A stretch of 64,000 nucleotides of DNA from Pelagomonas calceolata. Lineage: Eukaryota. Where the stretch lies: positions 4,092,001 to 4,156,000 of the forward strand of contig CAKKNE010000003.1 of assembly GCA_918797485.1 (NCBI GenBank), written 5' to 3'. A model generated the notes under the pieces. That model was not told the origin of the DNA, ran no database searches, and saw only the letters and a program-made list of their open reading frames with translations. A program made the translations under genes and the position numbers. Below are positions 55,174-64,000 of this stretch, one piece after another. Each line of letters opens with the position of its first letter. Position 1 is the first letter of the stretch.

Positions 55174-56957
55174 ATGATCCTCACAACCTGCGCCGCCTGC
55201 GCCGCCCCACTGGCCCACAACGCGCCGCGATGTGTGAGATGTAAATTACGCTATTTACATTTGTTTGGGTCAGCTTCTTGGGAGGTCGAAACCCCTATCG
55301 CCAGCTTAAGACCCACCCTCTGGTTCGCACCTTGCCCGTCCTCCGGAGAGCGGCTAGGCGGTCCCCCTCAAGAGCACCCCAAAAGAGGAATTTAATACAG
55401 CACCACGGCCAGCCCCGGCGGGAGAAAGGAAGTTCATAACACCGGAAAGAACCTGAGAGAGGCAGCGTCGCAACCTGGTCCTGCGCGCGCGGGGTTGGGC
55501 GGGGAGGGGCTGGTGGGTGAGAGCGCGTTGGCCATGGCAACCCGAATTTTGTGCTTTTATCTATTTGTTGCCTTCGGCATATAAGTCCCGGACGTAACAC
55601 GTTCTCCGGTTCCTGAGGAAGTAGAGAAACGTATTCGCCACGAGAACCTTTGAAGATGAACTTGTTCAGGACGGCAGGAAATGGCGGCGCGGCGCGTCTG
55701 ACAACGCCTCGCATTCGAGACTTGCTCCGCAAGCCCACACGGCAAGCGGCATCCGACCTCCAGCCATACGCCTAGGCGAAGCTGACAACGTCCCGCATTC
55801 GCGACTTGCTCCGAAGGTCCATATGACCGACGGCGTCCGCATATCTCAGCCTAAACCATCCCTAAGAGCATGGAGCACGGACGGCGCACGGACGGCAGCT
55901 AACGGGGTGTAAACGAAGAAATCCGAGCAGCAAACGCGTTGGTATCAGAGGCTTCGAGCGTGGCGGAACCACCAGGCTAGGAGCCCGGGTATGCGCGTCG
56001 TTCGTCGCCAAGAGCGTCAAGATATTTACATTTGTTTGGGTCAGCTTCTTGGGAGGTCGAAACCCCTATCGCCAGCTTAAGACCCACCCTCTGGTTCGCA
56101 CCTTGCCCGTCCTCCGGAGAGCGGCTAGGCGGTCCCCCTCAAGAGCACCCCAAAAGAGGAATTTAATACAGCACCACGGCCAGCCCCGGCGGGAGAAAGG
56201 AAGTTCATAACACCGGAAAGAACCTGAGAGAGGCAGCGTCGCAACCTGGTCCTGCGCGCGCGGGGTTGGGCGGGGAGGGGCTGGTGGGTGAGAGCGCGTT
56301 GGCCATGGCAACCCGAATTTTGTGCTTTTATCTATTACGCTATTGTGACTCGACCTGCCAGCATGACCACTGGCGCCGCGGCCACAAGCAGATGTGTAAG
56401 AAAATACACCGCGGCGGCAACGCAGAACAGTATAATGCAGACAAAAAATACAAGGAGGCCGTCGCGGTCGCGGTCGAGGCGTGCGCGGCCGACACGAAGG
56501 GGCAGAAATGCTACATCTGTCTCGAGGCCGTGCATGCGCGCACCGGGGAAGGCCTCGTGCGTGGATGCGCGTGTGGAGATCGTGACGGCGTTTCTTCTCC
56601 GGAACTGGGCGTCGCGCACGTGTCGTGCTTAACAACTACGCGGTGGCACTTATTAAGTTAGAGCGCTTCGGAGAAGGCAAGACATTGTTGCGCAAAACGA
56701 TGCCCGTGGCGCGACGCGTTCTCGGCGAGAGCAATGATCTCACGCTCAAGCTGCAGTCGATCTACGCGGCGGCACTCTACAGGGACCCCGACGCCACGCT
56801 CGACGAAGTCCGCGAGGCCGTGACGACGCTCGAGGACGCGGATCAGATCGCGCGGCGCGTGCTCGGTGGCGCCCACCCGCTCACATCGCAGACTGAGCAG
56901 CATTTGCGAAAGTCGCGCGCCGCGCTCGCCGCCCGCGAAACGCCGCCGCCGACTTAG
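55174..56957 (+). pseudogene. MYND zinc finger + RING-variant + TPR-like protein, interrupted by an insertion and an internal frameshift/deletion
   Basis: CAAC...CVRCKLRY | CDSTCQHDHW..GHK.MC; CYIC...CAC..H..C; frame change near 56628 to NNYA...ARRVLG repeats. Confidence 0.85.
55252..56336. mobile_element. non-coding element with 314-bp direct terminal repeats (TRIM/retrozyme-like)
   Basis: 55252-55565 matches 56023-56336; 457-bp interior; target duplicated (ACGC minimum, ATTACGCTATT maximum). Confidence 0.9.
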
Positions 56958-57098
56958 AGGGAGTTTTCTCGGGAATGGCTCGACGGCCCGCCCTAGCTAA
57001 GTACGTAGCCCTATCAAAGCTGTACTCAGCGCGCTCGAAGACGGTTAAAGGGGCTAGTTACTCAGGGGGATAGGGGAGGGGGATCTCTTCGACACGTC

Positions 57099-60000
57099 CT
57101 AGAACGCGCCGGCGTAGTACTCGTCCAGGTGCCGCGGCACGCCGTACGAACCATCTGGTTTGGCAAATTTGCGAGCCAAGGACTCCACCAACAACGCCGC
57201 GCATTTCTCGTTCGTGCACAGGCCCACACCAAACGCGATGGCCCCCGTCCGCAATCTGTAACCATTGGTCTCGGCAGAAGGGTCGTCAGCCATCTGATTG
57301 AGTTTATCCGAAGAGGGCACGTTGATGCAGAACACCACATCACCAGACTTCAACAGTTCAATCGCGGCCGGGGCCCAGTCACTAGCGGTACTCGAAGGAA
57401 TGTCCTCGATCGGCACGCCGCGCAGCCGCAGCGCCTTCGCCGTGCCCGGACTCCCAACCAATGTAAAGCCTAGAGACGCCAGCTTCGCGGCCTCTTCCGC
57501 GAAATTTCCCGGCGAGTGCATCGAGAGGAACACCGTCTTGCCTTCGTCGGCCTGCTTCTTCGTGGGAATCTTCACACAACTCCCTTCCAAGGCGTACAAG
57601 TAGGCCTCGTACACGTCGGCGCCCATGCAGGCCACCTCGCCCGTCGACGCCATCTCGACGCCCGTGATCGGGTCCGCCCCTCGTAAACGAGAGAACGAGA
57701 ACATGGCCGCTTTCACGCAGACGTAGTCGATGTCCATGGTCGTGATCTGGAAGGGCCGCGCGTTCTGGCCGAGCATGACGCGCGTCGCGAGCCTGCGTTT
57801 TCATGAGACCGTCGCGAAACCGTCTCTGGTCATTCTCGCGGCGTCGCGGCGTGGCCATACGGTCGCATTTCATGCACCTTGAAGTTCGGAAAAGACGCTG
57901 AGTCAGCGCGAGATGAAGTTGCAGTTCATCGTCTTGCTGATGAAGGGGAAGGACCGCGAGGCCCGCAAATTACATTCGATGACCTTGACGTCGTTATCTC
58001 TAGCCATGAACTGGATGTTGACGGGGCCCGAAATGTTCAACGCTTCGGCGATCTTGGCGGCGGCGCGCTTCACCTGTTTTTGAGTTTGCACGTAGAGCTT
58101 CTGGGCCGGTAAGACCAAAGTGGCGTCGCCGGAATGGACCCCAGCATTTTCCACATGCTCCGAAATCGCGTAGTTCATGATCGTGCCGTCGCGGCAGACC
58201 GCGTCGAACTCGATCTCCTTCGCGTTGCGAATAAACTTCGAGACGACGACGGGGTGGTCCGGGCTGACGTCCGCGGCGTCCCCCAGAAACGCGGCGAGCT
58301 CGGAGTCGGACGTCGCGACCTTCATCGCCGCGCCACTTAAAACGAACGAGGGTCTGACGAGGACGGGATATTGCACCTCCGCCGCGAAGGCCTGCGCGTC
58401 CTTCACGGACTGCAACTCGCGCCAGGGCGGCTGGTCCACGCCGAGGTCGTCCAAGAGTGACGAGAACTTGTGCCGGTCTTCAGCTCGGTCGATATCATCT
58501 GGACTTGTACCTAGCACGCGCGCGCCGCGGTCGTGGAGCGGTTTGGCCAGGTTCTGGGGGATCTGGCCGCCCACCGACACGACGAGCCCCCAGGCCTGCT
58601 CCTGCTCGTAGATGTCCAACACTCTTTCCAGAGACAGCTCCTCGAAGTACAAGCGGTCCGAGACGTCGTAGTCCGTACTGACAGTTTCCGGGTTGTAGTT
58701 CACGACGACCGCGCGGTAGCCCGACGCGCGGCACTGCCTCACACACGACACCGCGGACCAGTCGAACTCGACGGACGACCCGATGCAGTAGGCGCCACAT
58801 CCTAAAACCATGACGCCCCGGTCCTCCGGCTCGACGTCGCTCTGGTCCCCGTGGTACGTCATATAAAGATAATTCGTGCAGGCCGGGAACTCGGCGCCCA
58901 ACGTATCAATTTGTTTGACGACGGGTCTCAAATTCAAAGATAAGCGATGTCTTCGCGCCCGATCGGGAAGACAATTCGTATAATGAGCTACTTGGTCATC
59001 CGAAAAACCGGCCTGCTTCACCTTGCGCAGCGCTCTTAGATCTAAATCGCCCACATCAGACATGCCCTCCATCGCGGCTCTCAGTCTTGCGATCCTACGC
59101 ATCTTGCTCAGGAACCACCGGTCGATTCTTGTAAGATCGTGGACCGTCTCCAGCGGGACACCCCGCTCGAACGCCGCTTGCACGGCGAACAATCTTTGAT
59201 CGGTCGGGACTCGCAGTCGCTTCGCTAAATCGTCTCCAGGTGTTTCGCGCTCGTCCCCTATAAGAGCTTGTTGGAGTTCGAAACCTTCCAAACCTCTAGA
59301 ACCGGGTCGCACCATGCGCACGGCCTTTTGCAGCGCCTCCTCGAAGCTGCGCCCGATGGCCATGACCTCTCCAACACTTTTCATGCCGGAGCCCAGGCGC
59401 GTGTCGACGCGCTGGAACCTGCGTGGCGAGGCGCGTCGCGTCGGCATGCGTACGTGGTCTCTTCGTCGATTTCGGGCCGATTCGAGGCATACCGCGGTCC
59501 CGAGGCTCGCTCGCGAGGCGTGGGGACTCTGTGGCGGCCGCCTCGACGGCGTCGACGCGTCGCGCGTGCCTCGTCGCGCCATCTTCACGAAGTTGAAGTT
59601 TCTGACACCGACAAAAAACTTTCTCATGTCCCAGCGCGGCATCTTCACCACACAATAATCTAATGATGGTTCAAAACAAGCTGTGGTGGTCCCCGTCACG
59701 CTGTTTCTGATGCTGACAAGATCTTGGCCTAGAGAGAGCTTCGCGGCCACATAAGCGAGGGGGTAGCCCGTAGCCTTCGAGGCCAAGGCTGAAGAACGAG
59801 AGAGTCTCGCATTGACCTCGATGATGCAGTAGCGCTCCGTCTTCGGATCCAGCGCGTACTGGATGTTGCACTCGCCGACGATGCCGATGTGCCGGATGAC
59901 CTTCAGGGCCGTTGAACGGAGCTTGAAGTACTCGCGGTTCGACAATGTCTGGGAGGGCGCGACCACAATCGAATCGCCCGTATGGACCCCCAGCGGGTCG

Positions 60001-63000
60001 AAGTTCTCCATGTTGCAGACCGTGATGCAGTTGTCCCGCACGTCGCGGACGACCTGCGGTCGCGTGTCGCGTGACGCCACCGCCGCGACGTGAACGCGTC
60101 TGCACGTGGTCCCAGGCCTCTAACGAGTCTCGTCGATGGCGTAGAAGCCCCACGCTATCGCTGCGACCCATGAAGATTGCTCTCGCATCGAGGCGACCGT
60201 GTGGTCCGAATCGGCCCAAATTCGGACCCGAGACCTCGTCTGACGGAGACGAGTCGCGTCGATGGCGTAAGAAGGCCACAGGACACCGACGCATACCTCG
60301 TACTCGACCTCCTTCCAGCCCCGCAGGTCCTGGTCGATGAGGATCTGCTTCGTCGTCGAAGAGCCACCTTCGAGCGCGCGCACCGCGAGGTCCCTGCGCG
60401 GAGCTCAAAATTGGACCAGAGACCACCCACGTCATCGTAAGATGGGCACGAGTCACATGGAAGGCACCAAAACACTTCAAAACGCCGAGATCGTGCCGCA
60501 ACTCCGCGTCGTTTTCGGCAAAGCCCGACCCGAGGCCTCCCAAAGTGAACGCCGCCCGCACCAACACGGGATAGCCGATTTTATGGGCGGCCTCCAGCGC
60601 TCCTTCCACCGTCGTAGCTGGGTAAGATAAAGCCAGCGTCTCGTTGATCTCCCTCAGTTTCGTGGAAAAGATTTCGCGATCTTCGGTCGCCACGATGGCG
60701 TCGATCTTCGTGCCCAGGACCCTGATATTTCTTCGCTGGAGGTCCTCGTTGCGCCACAACTCAATCCCGACGTTGAGGGCCGTCTGGCCGCCCATGGAGA
60801 CGATGATACCTGCGTCGTGTCTGTCAGACGGTCTCACGTTGAACAGACACTGAGCTGACCATCAATATTCTTCTCCTTGTCCAAAATGTGTCGGACGTTG
60901 TCCGCCGTCACCGGCAGTAAGTAGACGTGGTCCGCAATTGGTTCGCTCTTATGTCTCTCGACGTCTACCGAACTAGCGTCCTCCCTTGAAGTTTGGACGG
61001 TAGCGATGTTCGGGTTGATCAAGACGACCTCGATGCCCTCCTCTTTCAGTGCTTTGATGGCCTGGGAGCCTGCGTGGCGCGCGCGTCGCGAAACCGCGTC
61101 GATGGCGTAAGACACCGCTACGAACCGCTGTAGTCGAACTCGCCCGCCTGGCCGATGCTCAAACCGCCGGAACCCACAAGTAACACCCGCTTCAGCGACG
61201 CGCGGTCGTTCCGATAAATGGCGGGATCCAGCAGCGTGAGCTGCGGCGCCGCCCCGCGCACGTGGCGCACGAAGGCCTCAAACAAAAACGCCGTGTCGAA
61301 GGGGCCCCCGGCCGCCTCCGGGTGGAACTGCACGGAAAAGAAGGGCTTCGAGACGTGAATAATGCCCTCGTTGCTGCGGTCGTTGGCCTGCGCGGAACGA
61401 CGGCGTCGCGAAGCTGCCGCGGCCCTCTCGTGAGACCTCATGCGGCCGCGTCGACAGCGTCACGGCGTCATCGCGTCGCGCCGACGCCATCGACGCGTAC
61501 TTGAAGTTCGGAAACGGTCGGAAACGGACTCTGAGTCACTCGCGTTGACAAAAAGAGCCTTCCACCCCTCCGGCAGCGACTGGTCGTCCACCGCGTAGCC
61601 GTGGTTCTGCGACGTGATGTAGCACCGCGTCGTCCGCAGGTCGACGCAGGGCTGGTTCATGCCGCGATTTCCATATTTCATTTTGTAGGTCTTCGCGCCG
61701 GCGGCCAAGGCCAGGAGCTGGTTGCCTAAACAAATGCCGAAGATGGGGACGTCCCGGGAAATGGCCCACTGCAGCGATTTGATCGTCTCCCTGCACTGGG
61801 AGGGGTCGCCTGGGCCGTTCGAGCAGAAGAGGCCGTCCCACTTCAGGTTCGCCCTGTGTTGTAGAGACGGTCGTCGCGCGCGGACGGCTCTCGTGCTCAT
61901 GAGGACTTCTCTCGCGGCCGCGGCGACGGCGTCGCGGCGACCTGTCTCCACCTCCACGCCGTCGACGCGACGCATGACCTGGGACGCCGGCCACGCACGG
62001 GTTCTTCTCCAAATCATAATCGAAGGGCACCACAATAAGCGTCACGTCGTGCGTCTCCACAAAATAGCGCACGATGTTGTGCTTCATGCCGCAGTCGATC
62101 GCGACGATCGTCGGCTTGTCGCCGCCCTGATTGTACGTTCTAATTGACTTGGTAGACACCTCGGCCACGAGATTGCGCAGGTTCGGGTCGACGAAGCCCA
62201 CTTCCTGCGGCGGACTGGGCGGCGCGCCCTCGACCTCCAATCGGCCCAGGATCGAACCTCGCTCCCTTAAACCTTTGGTCAGTGCTCTCGTATCAACTCC
62301 GAAGATGGCCGGCACGCCGGCCTTCGCGAGCCAGTTCCCCAGCGACTGCTGCGACGCCCAGTGCGACGGGTCCGCGGAATAGTTCGACACGACGAGGCCC
62401 GCGATCTGGACGTCGTCGGACTCGAAATACAAGGGCAGGTCCCACCTGTCCTTCGTGTCCATGGACGGGACGCCGTAGTTGCCCACGAGCGGGAAGGTTA
62501 ATACCAAAATCTGGCCCCGGTAGGAGGGGTCGGTCAGAGCTTCGGGGTAGCCGACCATACCGGTGTTAAACACGACCTCTCCCGGTCTATTGACCTTCGC
62601 GCCGAAGGACGTGCCCTCCAGTCGTTGCCCGTCCTTGAGGACGAGCGTCGCTTGTACGGGGGCCTCGCAGGGCTTGGACGGGCCGCCCTCGACGCCGTCG
62701 ATGAGGGACCTGTGTTGAGTGAGGCGTGCGCGGCCGGCGCGGCGGTTTCACGGGCGTGCGGCCGGCGCGCCGGCCCCGGCGCGGCGGCTCGTGTTTATGC
62801 CGCGAGTCCTCCGCGGCGCGCGTGTGGCGCGCGGCGTCGTGCGCTGCGGTTTGGCCGCGTGCGCTGCGTCTGGCGTTCGGGCGGGCGCGTCTATTTCAAA
62901 ACGCCGGCGCCGCACGAGCTGCTCGCGTAGCGCTGATCACCAAACTTGTGCGGCGAGCCGCCGCGCGCGGCCGCGCCCGTGTTGAACATGGCGCCGCTGC

Positions 63001-63013
63001 CGCCGGTCTTCAT
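57099..63013 (-). CDS. glutamine-dependent carbamoyl-phosphate synthetase (fused small + large subunit), 9 introns
   Basis: [64 protein letters not shown]-like end. Introns 62710-62915, 61854-61998, 61388-61543, 61070-61125, 60810-60859, 60394-60496, 60054-60296, 59419-59619, 57793-57909. Start codon tentative. Confidence 0.93.
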
Positions 63014-63703
63014 GGGCTGCTGGCGCCTCTACTGGTTTCGCAGCCTCTGGCTCGCGGCGGTGCGCGAGCTCGGAGCTGTGACTTCTTCGCGTGTCTGAGG
63101 GTCCACCGGACTGCTCCGATGAAGCCCTGCTGTCCGTGAGCGAGCGCAGCGTTCAAATCGCCGCCCCGCCGCTCTCGATGCTCAAACCGGGCAAGGCGCC
63201 CAACGAACCGCGGGGAATTCGAGCAAGCTTGCGCGAGCTGCTCCAGAAGCCTCGGGGACGGCTCCCAGCGGCGTTACAGCCAAAATCGAGCACCGAGTTT
63301 CATCTCATCCTGGCCGCATTTTTGCCGCGCGCGATTACGGCCGTCATCTCTGCAAAACGCGGCGTGAAATCACTCACGTTTCGACCTCACCGACCAGCGC
63401 GGCCGCCGTGGCGCAAAAGCGCGCGCGTAACGCCGGCGCTTCGCCGGGAAATTTGCAGCAATCGAAATCACAGATCAACCGCCGGCACGCGCGCGCGGCC
63501 CCGGACGCCAGAGATCGCGCCGTCGCCGCGGCCGCGCCGAGCTGGGCGCGAGCGGGCCAGAGCTCACGCCGCGCCGCGCGCCGCGTCGCGTCGGCCGGGC
63601 CAGAGATCGCGCCGCGGCCAGAGCTGAGGCCAGAGAGCTCGGGCGTCAGAGCCCACCCCGCGCGCGCGCCGAGACGACGCCGCGCGCAGGCCGGACGACA
63701 AGC

Positions 63704-64000
63704 ATGGCCCGCCTCGTCATCGCGCTCGCGGCGTCGGCCGCCGCCCTCACGCAGGAAGAAGCCCAGTGCGTCGCATCCTTCAACGGCGGCCAGACCTTCG
63801 TCATGAGCGGCGACTCGAACATGCGCTACGAGTTCCTCGCCCTCAACGAGTTCGTCGAGAAGGGCACGGTCATGTCCTCTTTGTCAAGAAACGGCGACAA
63901 GAACAAGGGCCAGATCGACACCCTGAGCTTCTGGACGGACGTCCCGATCCCGCAGTACGACCCGCTCCGCACGAAGGACGGCTCCCACATGCGCCGCATG
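63704..64000 (+). CDS. secreted protein, SGNH/PC-esterase-like, 3'-partial
   Basis: MARLVIALAASAAAL signal peptide and FVMSGDSNMRY motif; frame open to the window end. Confidence 0.6.
   Translation, partial: MARLVIALAASAAALTQEEAQCVASFNGGQTFVMSGDSNMRYEFLALNEFVEKGTVMSSLSRNGDKNKGQIDTLSFWTDVPIPQYDPLRTKDGSHMRRM

Noticed and set aside
55585..55650. Possible hammerhead ribozyme (CTGAGGA...GAAAC) in the interior of the direct-repeat element
   Set aside because: Stems I and II cannot be formed convincingly, and no CUGANGA core was found in the terminal repeats on either strand.
55295..56635. Two minus-strand ORFs with identical C-termini
   Set aside because: Translations of the direct repeats; no gag, RT or integrase motifs.
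1..64000. Hundreds of Arg/Pro/Ala-rich overlapping ORFs
   Set aside because: Shadow frames expected at high GC, lying antisense or out of frame to well-supported genes.
1..64000. tRNA, rRNA or snRNA genes
   Set aside because: None recognisable by eye; a covariance-model search would be needed to exclude them.

Overview
GC-rich, gene-dense eukaryotic DNA with short spliceosomal introns. It is most consistent with a pelagophyte alga (Pelagomonas/Aureococcus-like); this is inferred from chlG, FAD4, GC-AG introns and TIR/8-bp-TSD introners. About 35 genes are supported, including proline iminopeptidase, a multi-bromodomain protein, kinesin, FEN1, FAD4, SRP19, purple acid phosphatase, chlorophyll synthase and a fused glutamine-dependent carbamoyl-phosphate synthetase, plus several broken ankyrin/LRR/MYND genes. 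Most notable: (1) a Macro-CHAT(caspase-like)-STAND NTPase gene lying tail-to-tail with a neighbour that carries a protein-identical SAM-like C-terminus; (2) a 986-bp element with 301-bp inverted repeats ending in perfect 28-bp palindromes; (3) a 1.1-kb non-coding element with identical 314-bp direct repeats that splits a MYND gene; (4) a TIR introner family inserted in both orientations; (5) a recurrent 22-bp CTAG-bounded intergenic motif. All calls and splice sites were made by eye, with no database searches.
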